From positions 1-42,289 of the forward strand of contig JBIKSC010000001.1 of NCBI GenBank assembly GCA_044348775.1: a DNA stretch of 42,289 nucleotides, in the 5' to 3' direction. Made by a program: the position numbers and the translations under genes. The notes under the pieces are model-generated. The model had not been told where the DNA came from, made no database searches, and saw nothing but the letters and a program-made list of their open reading frames with translations. The stretch comes from Flavobacteriales bacterium (GTDB taxonomy: Bacteria > Bacteroidota > Bacteroidia > Flavobacteriales_D > Sanyastnellaceae). Shown one piece after another: positions 35,339 to 42,289 of this stretch (positions are counted from its first letter, which is position 1; every line of letters begins with the position of its first letter).

Positions 35339-35361
35339 TCGAAACGCATCATTCCGGACTC

Positions 35362-36138
35362 TTAAATTCCCTTTTCCTTCATCCAGGAATCAAGCAACTC
35401 ATTGAACCGCTGAGGGTGCTCCATCATGGGTGCGTGCCCGCATTGATCAATCCAATAGAGCGATGAATTTGTGAGCAACTGATGGAACTCTTCGGCAACT
35501 TCCGGAGGTGTAATTGTATCGTTCTTCCCCCATATCAAACAAACCGGAAACTTCATCGCCGGAAGCTCCTTCGCCATGTTGTGCCGAATAGCCGATTTAG
35601 CCAGAGCCAAAATGCGCAGCACCCGATTTCGATCGTTCACAATTTCGAAACATTCGTCCACCAACTCATCGGTAGCGTGCATAGGATCATAAAATGTCAA
35701 ACCAACCTTTTGACGAATGAACTCCTTGTCTTCACGACGTGGAAAGCTCGATCCAAAGGCATTTTCATACAAGCCGGAACTAGCTGTCAGTATTAATGAA
35801 TTAACACGCTCGGGTTGCTCCTTACAATAAATAAGCGCCACGTGTCCACCAAGCGAATTACCTAGCAAGTTCACCTTACCGTAGCCCTTATAATCTACGA
35901 AATCGCGCAGAAAGTGTGCTATGCTTTTCACCCCGGTCGTAAGCACCGGCATCGTATACAGTGGCAACATCGGAATAACCACCTTGTACGTTTGAGAGAA
36001 ATGTGAAACCACATCCCTGAAATTACTTAATGCCCCGAATAGGCCGTGCAACAGAATGAGCGGCTCACCCGAACCCTCTTCGATATATCGATATCCGTTT
36101 TCCTCTTTAAGCTGATATTCCATGATTCGGTAAGTCAA
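35362..36138 (-). CDS. Alpha/beta-fold hydrolase
   Basis: PLILLHGLFG, the nucleophile elbow GNSLGG and a C-terminal CGHAPMMEHP are present. Confidence 0.8.
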   Translation of the reverse strand: MTYRIMEYQLKEENGYRYIEEGSGEPLILLHGLFGALSNFRDVVSHFSQTYKVVIPMLPLYTMPVLTTGVKSIAHFLRDFVDYKGYGKVNLLGNSLGGHVALIYCKEQPERVNSLILTASSGLYENAFGSSFPRREDKEFIRQKVGLTFYDPMHATDELVDECFEIVNDRNRVLRILALAKSAIRHNMAKELPAMKFPVCLIWGKNDTITPPEVAEEFHQLLTNSSLYWIDQCGHAPMMEHPQRFNELLDSWMKEKGI

Positions 36139-36350
36139 ACCTGCGTTATGCGAATGTAAAAAACCAGGCGCAAGTGAGCATTTGCTGCAAGTGTCGGAAT
36201 TTCCTTCGATTGGGTGTAGAACGAGTCAACTATTCCTTCAACAATCCATTGCTGAAATCCTTCCCACAGACCTGCAAACTGAAACAATTCTGCACCTTCA
36301 ACCCAATCAAAATGCTCCCAAACAGTCGTAAAAGTGACTTTTTACTTAAA

Positions 36351-36370
36351 AACCTCCCACTTCCTCCCAC
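36351..36370 (-). promoter_or_regulatory. Two 10-nt tandem units GTGGGAGGAA / GTGGGAGGTT (minus-strand reading); possible distal MraZ-type boxes
   Basis: The plus strand reads aacCTCCCACttcCTCCCAC, with CCCAC at 36356-36360 and 36366-36370. Confidence 0.3.
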
Positions 36371-36487
36371 ACACCGCATTACACCCCAAATTGCACTCTT
36401 TATCAATAGACTAGCACACAAAACACACAGTAAAAGAACCACAATCAAACACACACTTTTCAACAAAAGGGCTGTTTTTGACCTTTT

Positions 36488-36520
36488 GTGGTAAAAAGTG
36501 GTAAAAAGGAATTATTTTCG
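36488..36520 (+). promoter_or_regulatory. Candidate MraZ operator (GTGGTAAAAA x2 plus a degenerate third unit GGAATTATTT) abutting a Bacteroidota-type -7-like box TATTTTCG
   Basis: GTGGT occurs at 36488 and 36498 with an exact 10-bp period. TTTG is at 36485-36488, TATTTTCG at 36513-36520, and the mraZ ATG at 36547. Confidence 0.5.
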
Positions 36521-36546
36521 TGCCCACTAAGGCACAAAATCATTCA

Positions 36547-37020
36547 ATGCTGAAACTCCTCGGAGAATATCCATGTAAGCTCGATAACAAGGGAAGATTC
36601 CTCTTCCCGGCTCGCATGCGTAAGTCTTTGGAGGAAGTTATTCACCTGGGATTGGTGATCAATCGCGATATATACACCCGCTGCTTGGTCATCTATCCGC
36701 AACCGACTTGGGAAAAAATATCGGCCGACCTCGAGCGCATGAATCCGCACAACCGGAAACACGCAGAGTTCATCCGCTTCTTTCTTAATGGCGCGACCGA
36801 ATTGGAGCTTGATTCCGTGGGACGAATGAACATTCCCTCCCACCTGTTGGAATACGCCGAAGTGGATTTGAAGAAAAACAACGAACTCGTGTTGTGTGGT
36901 TTGGGACAGAAAATGGAATTATGGAACAAGGATACCCGCGACACGAAGTTCAGCACGCCCGACTTCGACTTTATGCAACTAGCCGAAGAGGTGCAAAACG
37001 ATTTGAGAAAGGATAATTAA
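36547..37020 (+). CDS. mraZ: Transcriptional regulator MraZ
   Basis: The duplicated SpoVT/AbrB-like motifs LDNKGRFLFPARMRK and LDSVGRMNIPSHLLEYA are present. The ORF is open from GTG 36520, but ATG 36547 gives the canonical N-terminus. Confidence 0.9.
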   Translation: MLKLLGEYPCKLDNKGRFLFPARMRKSLEEVIHLGLVINRDIYTRCLVIYPQPTWEKISADLERMNPHNRKHAEFIRFFLNGATELELDSVGRMNIPSHLLEYAEVDLKKNNELVLCGLGQKMELWNKDTRDTKFSTPDFDFMQLAEEVQNDLRKDN

Positions 37021-37055
37021 ACAAGCAGCCTGCAAAGGCACTTGTAACACAGGAT

Positions 37056-37970
37056 ATGTCGAACCACAAAAAAGAAGACGGATATCACCGACCGGTGCTC
37101 CTGCAAGCTTCTATCGACAACCTCAACATAAAGCCCAATGGGGTCTATGTGGATGTAACCTTCGGTGGTGGAGGTCATTCGAAAGAGATTTTGAAATACT
37201 TGGATAAGGGACGACTGATTGCCTTCGATCAGGATCCGGAAGCGCTTGCTAACCGCATAGACGATCCACGCTTTGAACTCGTTGACCAGAATTTTCGATT
37301 CATGAAAAACTGGTTGCGACTCATGGGCATTCGTCAGGTGGATGGTATTCTGGCCGACCTCGGTGTGAGCAGTCATCAGTTCGACAGTGAAAATCGTGGA
37401 TTCTCCATTCGCTTCGATGCAACACTCGATATGCGCATGGACATGAAAGGGACGCTCACAGCAGCTGACGTGGTTAACAGTTACGAAGAGCAACAACTCA
37501 CGCAAGTGCTGCGCAGTTATGGCGAGCTGGAAAATGCACGGTCAATGACAAGAAGCATTATGCAAGCTCGACCACTCTTCACCAGCGAAGATCTGAAGCA
37601 TGCAGTGCAAAAACACTTGCCGCGCATGCGAGAACACAAGGTGCTTGCTCAGCTCTTTCAAGCGCTGCGCATTGAAGTAAACCGAGAGCTCGAGGTGCTG
37701 AAAGAGTTTCTCGAGCAAAGTGCTGATGTACTTGCCCCCGACGGACGACTGGTAGTCATTAGCTACCACTCTCTTGAAGACCGGCTCGTGAAAGACTTCA
37801 TGAAAACCGGCAACTTCGAAGGAACACCGGTGAAGGATTTTTTCGGAAACCTGCAACGCCCGCTCAAACCCCTTACCTCCAAGCCCATTCTGCCAACGGC
37901 AGAAGAAATTGAAGACAATACACGTGCACGCAGCGCTAAAATGCGTGTAGCGACTAAAGAAAACAAATAA
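37056..37970 (+). CDS. rsmH: 16S rRNA (cytosine1402-N4)-methyltransferase
   Basis: HRPVLL, VDVTFGGGGHS, DLGVSSHQFD and SYHSLEDR motifs are present. Confidence 0.95.
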   Translation: MSNHKKEDGYHRPVLLQASIDNLNIKPNGVYVDVTFGGGGHSKEILKYLDKGRLIAFDQDPEALANRIDDPRFELVDQNFRFMKNWLRLMGIRQVDGILADLGVSSHQFDSENRGFSIRFDATLDMRMDMKGTLTAADVVNSYEEQQLTQVLRSYGELENARSMTRSIMQARPLFTSEDLKHAVQKHLPRMREHKVLAQLFQALRIEVNRELEVLKEFLEQSADVLAPDGRLVVISYHSLEDRLVKDFMKTGNFEGTPVKDFFGNLQRPLKPLTSKPILPTAEEIEDNTRARSAKMRVATKENK

Positions 37971-38018
37971 GCTAAACAACCGACAGCCACTGCGCTGCCG
38001 CTTGGTTAACCTGAATTA

Positions 38019-38456
38019 ATGAAACCGACCAACGAAGTCAATTCACAGGCATCGTCTGTTGCGCCCAATGCGCCGGAAAATGCCACCCCACAAACCCCGA
38101 AGAAAAAAACGGGTCGGGGAAACTTCCTCCAAAAAATTCTCAGCGGCGATTTTCTGGTTCGTGACGGGCTTATCAAACATCTGTCGTTCGTGCTATTCCT
38201 TGTAGGACTCTTCATCGCCAATATCGGACTGGTCTATTATTTCGAAAATACCGCACGCGAAAAAGTTAAACTTCAGAATCAACTCAACGAGTTACGCTCT
38301 CAATACAACACTACCATGAGCGACCTGGAGAAAAGCAAGCAACAAAGCAATGTAGCCCAGGCCATCGAGCAAATGGGCCTGAAAGAACTGCGCACTCCCC
38401 CTCAAGTAATTGATGTAGAACATGGCTTCTTCGAAGAAAAACCTACTCAGGAATGA
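38019..38456 (+). CDS. ftsL: FtsL-like cell division protein
   Basis: It has a single TM segment (LSFVLFLVGLFIANIGLVYYF) followed by a coiled-coil-like region, and lies between rsmH and ftsI. Confidence 0.7.
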   Translation: MKPTNEVNSQASSVAPNAPENATPQTPKKKTGRGNFLQKILSGDFLVRDGLIKHLSFVLFLVGLFIANIGLVYYFENTAREKVKLQNQLNELRSQYNTTMSDLEKSKQQSNVAQAIEQMGLKELRTPPQVIDVEHGFFEEKPTQE

Positions 38457-40663
38457 ACCCATCGGAAAACATAAAGAATAACCCTATCAACCAACCACAT
38501 GATCCGGTGCAGATTCCCAAAGAGTCTGCCCCCGGGCATGAGGCCAAGGGCAAAAAACAACACATCGCTCTCATCCACAACAAAGCGTGGATGGTCTTTG
38601 CCGGACTTTGTTTGTTGGCTATTGCGATTGTGGTAAAAGTTTTCGTCATACAACTTTTTCCCGATGAAAAAGCTCAGCAACTGGCGGAAGGATTCACCTA
38701 CAAAGTGCGTGAAATACAACCGGTACGTGGTCAAATCTATTCAAGCGACGGAAGCTTAATGGCAACCAGTATTCCCGAATATGAAATTCGCTGGGATGCA
38801 AAAGCACCTTACGACGAAGAGGCCTACCAAACGAAACTTGATTCTATGTGTCAAAGCTTCGCCAATCTATTTGGCGATCGCAGCGCTGCTGATTACAAAA
38901 CAATTTTCAAGAAGGCGAAAAGCGACAGCAACCGATACATTGAAATCATTGACCATGTCGACTATAATCAGTTGCAACTCGTAAAGAAATTTCCTTTCAT
39001 CAACAAAGGAACTATACGTGGCGGATTTGTTTTCGAAGAAAAATTCATCCGCGACCAACCATTCGGAGCCCTAGCATCACGAACCATCGGCATGGAACGG
39101 GCCGAAAACAAAGTAGGTATAGAACGCGACTATGACGAACTGCTTCGTGGAAAGAAAGGTGCCCAAATGATGGAAAAAATCGCCGGTGGTGTATGGAAAC
39201 CCATGAATAACGAATTCGTGGAAGTACCCGAACCAGGTGCCGACATCATCACCACCATCGACGTGCACTTGCAAGATGTGGCTCACGCAGCCCTCAAACG
39301 GAAACTGGAAGAAACCGATGCCGAATGGGGTTGTGCCATTCTCATGGAAGTTCAAACAGGCTTCGTGCGCGCAGTTGCTAATCTCTCTCGCAACAACCGA
39401 GCGGGTGAGTTTAGCGAACGTCTGAACTACGCCATCAGCCAAAGCATTGAACCGGGATCTACCATGAAACTCGCCTCTCTTATGGCCTGCATGGATGAGG
39501 GTGGTGTGAAACTCGAAGACAAAGTGGAGACAGGCAACGGCATGGTCACCTTCCATGGTCGCACCATGAAGGACTCGAACTGGGATAAAGGTGGAAATGG
39601 AACCATTACAGCGGAACAAGTATTCGAGAAGTCCTCGAACGTGGGCACCGCCCTGCTCGTCAAAAAATCATTTGGTGAGAATCCTCAAAGCTACCTCGAC
39701 AAACTCCATTCATTCGGAATTGCTGAACCTCTGGGAATTACTCTTTCAGGAGAAGCCTCGCCGCGGATGTATAAAACCACCAAAGACAATGGCTGGAGCG
39801 GCTTGAGTCTCACTCAAATGGCAATTGGCTACGAGACAACTTGCACACCTCTTCAAACTCTTGCTTTCTATAATGCGGTGGCTAATAATGGTGTAATGGT
39901 GCGCCCTCAATTCGTTCAGGAAGTCCGCCGTAATGGCCGCATCATAGAACAAGCGCAACCCATCATCATCCGCCAAAAAATCTGCAAAGACGAAACACTC
40001 GCACAATGCAGAAAAATGATGGAGGGTGTAACGGAAGAAGGCGGAACAGCCGACTGGCTATTCAAGAAATGCCCATATAAAGTGGCCGGTAAAACAGGAA
40101 CTGCTTGGTTGCACGAAGATGGTGGCTATCAGGCGCATCATTACCGCGCTTCCTTCGTCGGCTACTTCCCTGCCGAAAACCCGCGCTATACCTGTATCGT
40201 CGTGGTCAACGATCCACGTGGTGCATACTATGGAAGCGTGATTGCTGCTCCGGTATTCATGGAACTCGCCGATAAGATTTACAGTACCGAACTCGAATTC
40301 CGCGCTCCGGCTGGCTCTGATAGCACGATGATGGTTCAGCGCAAACTTCCTTCAATTAAAAGCGGTTCTGCAAAAGAATTAAATACCGTCTTCGCCAGCC
40401 TCAACATACCTGCATTCACAGATGGTGAAGGACAATGGTACACAACCGTAGCACAAAACGATTCATTGCTGGTGTCACCTCGCCTCGTTGAAACAGGTGT
40501 TGTTCCCAACGTGCTCGGAATGGGCCTGCAAGACGCTCTCTACCTGCTGGAAAGCCAGGGCATGAAAGTAAAAGTGAGCGGATTTGGAACTGTCCGAAAA
40601 CAAAGTATTCCCGCCGGAAATCACATACACAACAACCCGAATATCACCATCGAACTCCTGTGA
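38453..40663 (+). CDS. ftsI: Penicillin-binding protein 3 (FtsI) with a C-terminal PASTA domain
   Basis: SxxK (GSTMK), SxN (SSN) and KTG (GKTGTA) motifs are present. The C-terminal VPNVLGMGLQDALYLLESQGMKVKVSGFG is PASTA-like. Confidence 0.9.
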   Translation: MNPSENIKNNPINQPHDPVQIPKESAPGHEAKGKKQHIALIHNKAWMVFAGLCLLAIAIVVKVFVIQLFPDEKAQQLAEGFTYKVREIQPVRGQIYSSDGSLMATSIPEYEIRWDAKAPYDEEAYQTKLDSMCQSFANLFGDRSAADYKTIFKKAKSDSNRYIEIIDHVDYNQLQLVKKFPFINKGTIRGGFVFEEKFIRDQPFGALASRTIGMERAENKVGIERDYDELLRGKKGAQMMEKIAGGVWKPMNNEFVEVPEPGADIITTIDVHLQDVAHAALKRKLEETDAEWGCAILMEVQTGFVRAVANLSRNNRAGEFSERLNYAISQSIEPGSTMKLASLMACMDEGGVKLEDKVETGNGMVTFHGRTMKDSNWDKGGNGTITAEQVFEKSSNVGTALLVKKSFGENPQSYLDKLHSFGIAEPLGITLSGEASPRMYKTTKDNGWSGLSLTQMAIGYETTCTPLQTLAFYNAVANNGVMVRPQFVQEVRRNGRIIEQAQPIIIRQKICKDETLAQCRKMMEGVTEEGGTADWLFKKCPYKVAGKTGTAWLHEDGGYQAHHYRASFVGYFPAENPRYTCIVVVNDPRGAYYGSVIAAPVFMELADKIYSTELEFRAPAGSDSTMMVQRKLPSIKSGSAKELNTVFASLNIPAFTDGEGQWYTTVAQNDSLLVSPRLVETGVVPNVLGMGLQDALYLLESQGMKVKVSGFGTVRKQSIPAGNHIHNNPNITIELL

Positions 40664-42123
40664 AGCTCCTCAAAGACATACTATTCAAATCGCGCATCCA
40701 ACAAGTGTTCGGATCCACGCATGTGGCCATTGAACATGTCACAATGGACTCGCGCGATGTGAAGCCTTTCAGCCTTTTTGTTGCTGTTACAGGAACAACC
40801 GTAGATGGACACTCCTATATCGACAAGGCTATTGCATCCGGAGCTGTCGCTATCGTGTGTGAAAAAATACCGGATTATCCAACGGGTAGTATCACATTCA
40901 TCCAAGTCCAGAACTCGGCAGAATCGCTCGGCTACATTGCCTCGAATTTCTTCGACAATCCAAGCGAAAAAATTCAAGTGGTTGCTGTGACCGGAACAAA
41001 CGGAAAAACAACAACGGCTACCCTCATGCATCGCCTTGCGCGCAAAATGGGCTTCAAAGCAGGGTTGCTCTCAACCGTTGTGAACAAGATTAATGACAAC
41101 GATGTGCCGGCAACGCACACTACTCCAAATGCCATTGCGCTGAATGCGTTGCTTGCGGAAATGGTTGCTACCGGTTGCACGTATTGCTTCATGGAAGCGT
41201 CATCACATGCTCTGCATCAGCACCGCCTGACAGGAGTTCAATTGCGCGGAGCACTGTTCACCAACATCACACACGATCATCTCGACTATCACAAAACCTT
41301 CAATGAGTACATAAAGGCGAAGAAGATTCTGTTCGATATGCTACCATCTTCTGCCTTTGCTATTACCAATCTCGATGATCGCCACGGCGATATCATGGTA
41401 CAAAACTGCAAGGGAAAGATAAAAACGATGGCACTGCACAGCATGGCCGACTACAGAGCGAAAGTATTGGAGAACGGATTCGCAGGATTGCACCTGCTCA
41501 TCGACAGCCAAGACTTGTACACGCAACTCATCGGCGGATTCAATGCCTACAACATTCTGGCTGTCTATGCAACAGCGATGGAACTGGGCCTCGACAAACT
41601 GGATGTGCTCACTGCCATCAGCGGTTTGCAAGCACCCGACGGAAGATTCCAGTATATCAAAACACCAAATGGGATAACCGCAGTTGTCGACTATGCGCAT
41701 ACTCCTGATGCACTGAAAAACGTGCTTAAAACCATTGCTGATATACGCACCGGTAATGAGCAGGTCATCAGCATTGTCGGCTGCGGAGGTGACCGCGACA
41801 AAACCAAGCGTCCGGAAATGGCGCGCATCGCTGCTGAATGGAGCAACCGCGTGGTTCTCACCAGCGACAATCCGCGCAGCGAAGATCCCGACACCATCAT
41901 CAACGAAATGAAGGAAGGTCTTGATTCAGTGATGATGAAGAAAACACTCGCGGTGACAGATCGACGAGAAGCCATCAAGTTCGCATGCACACTAGCCAAC
42001 GCCGGTGACATCGTGCTTATCGCCGGAAAAGGCCACGAGCGTTACCAGGAAATAGCCGGTGTCAAACATCCCTTTGACGACTTCCAAATTGTAAGTGAAA
42101 CCCTAACCATGCTCGAGAAATAA
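40660..42123 (+). CDS. murE: UDP-N-acetylmuramoyl-L-alanyl-D-glutamate--2,6-diaminopimelate ligase
   Basis: The P-loop VTGTNGKTTTA, the DNPRSEDP motif (meso-DAP type) and GKGHE are present. The GTG start overlaps the ftsI TGA (GTGA). Confidence 0.9.
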   Translation: MKLLKDILFKSRIQQVFGSTHVAIEHVTMDSRDVKPFSLFVAVTGTTVDGHSYIDKAIASGAVAIVCEKIPDYPTGSITFIQVQNSAESLGYIASNFFDNPSEKIQVVAVTGTNGKTTTATLMHRLARKMGFKAGLLSTVVNKINDNDVPATHTTPNAIALNALLAEMVATGCTYCFMEASSHALHQHRLTGVQLRGALFTNITHDHLDYHKTFNEYIKAKKILFDMLPSSAFAITNLDDRHGDIMVQNCKGKIKTMALHSMADYRAKVLENGFAGLHLLIDSQDLYTQLIGGFNAYNILAVYATAMELGLDKLDVLTAISGLQAPDGRFQYIKTPNGITAVVDYAHTPDALKNVLKTIADIRTGNEQVISIVGCGGDRDKTKRPEMARIAAEWSNRVVLTSDNPRSEDPDTIINEMKEGLDSVMMKKTLAVTDRREAIKFACTLANAGDIVLIAGKGHERYQEIAGVKHPFDDFQIVSETLTMLEK

Positions 42124-42289
42124 TGCTGTACTACCTTTTCCAATACCTCGATCAGCAGTTCGATCTTCCGGGAGCCGGACTGTTTCAATACATCTCATTC
42201 CGCGCTGCACTGAGCATCATACTTTCTCTCACTATTTCCATGGTATTTGGAAAGCGTCTAATCGCTATGCTCAAGCGCAAGCAGGTGGG
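42123..42289 (+). CDS. mraY: Phospho-N-acetylmuramoyl-pentapeptide transferase, 5' fragment (runs off the window end)
   Basis: The ATG at 42123 overlaps the murE TAA (TAATG). The translation MLYYLFQYLDQQFDLPGAGLFQYISFRAALSIILSL is a typical MraY N-terminus. Confidence 0.85.
   Translation, partial: MLYYLFQYLDQQFDLPGAGLFQYISFRAALSIILSLTISMVFGKRLIAMLKRKQV

Noticed and set aside
36174-36494. 106-aa (+) and 78-aa (-, 36230-36466) ORFs in the region upstream of mraZ
   Set aside because: Their amino-acid composition simply mirrors the C/A-rich versus G/T-rich strand bias, and they have no motifs. The 78-aa product has a hydrophobic N-terminus, so a small membrane protein cannot be fully excluded, but I consider it an artefact.
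39077-39619. 180-aa minus-strand ORF inside ftsI
   Set aside because: It is antisense to a CDS with intact PBP motifs, and nothing supports a real overlapping gene.
1-42289. Mobile elements, prophage genes, toxin-antitoxin pairs or known defence systems
   Set aside because: No transposase, integrase, recombinase, phage structural, restriction-modification, Cas, nuclease-helicase or small paired toxin-like ORFs were recognisable. The only accessory-looking block is the polysaccharide locus.

Overview
The window is a chromosomal segment from a member of the Bacteroidota. This is supported by gldB/gldC and a gldA-like gene, a protein with a T9SS C-terminal sorting domain, and Bacteroidota-style gene contexts. 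About 45 CDS are called, with no rRNA, tRNA, CRISPR array, transposase, integrase or recognisable defence system.

Content from left to right:
- murQ plus a tightly coupled unknown gene.
- A TPR/PD40 secreted protein.
- A GH2 beta-mannosidase.
- An eight-gene, translationally coupled Wzx/Wzy-type polysaccharide locus (5.8-13.9 kb). It looks like the only clearly accessory region.
- aroE and dedA.
- The distal half of the dcw cluster (ftsW-murG-murC-ftsQ-ftsA) on the minus strand.
- A T9SS cupredoxin-like protein and glutaryl-CoA dehydrogenase.
- A SulP / beta-carbonic anhydrase / MarC / RNase HI string.
- purN.
- A FIST sensor plus hybrid histidine kinase pair.
- The gldA-like ABC ATPase, nadE, an OM beta-barrel protein, gldB-gldC, engB and an alpha/beta hydrolase.
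- The proximal half of the dcw cluster (mraZ-rsmH-ftsL-ftsI-murE-mraY') on the plus strand.

Main second-look items:
1. A family of 7-8 nt (in one case 14 nt) tandem repeats sits on or just after the stop codons of operon-terminal genes. The largest is a 6 + 11 unit inverted heptamer array between gldC and engB. The units resemble cyanobacterial STRR heptamers.
2. The dcw cluster is split into two divergent halves about 15 kb apart, and ftsZ does not follow ftsA.
3. 10-bp-phased GTGG(T/G) direct repeats lie upstream of mraZ and are candidate MraZ operators.
4. A deacetylase-like / FemAB-like / hexapeptide acyltransferase trio lies inside the polysaccharide locus.
5. A T9SS-exported cupredoxin-like protein has Gln at the position of the axial Met ligand.

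I found no convincing complete novel protein-based system. All functional calls rest on motif recognition and gene context only.
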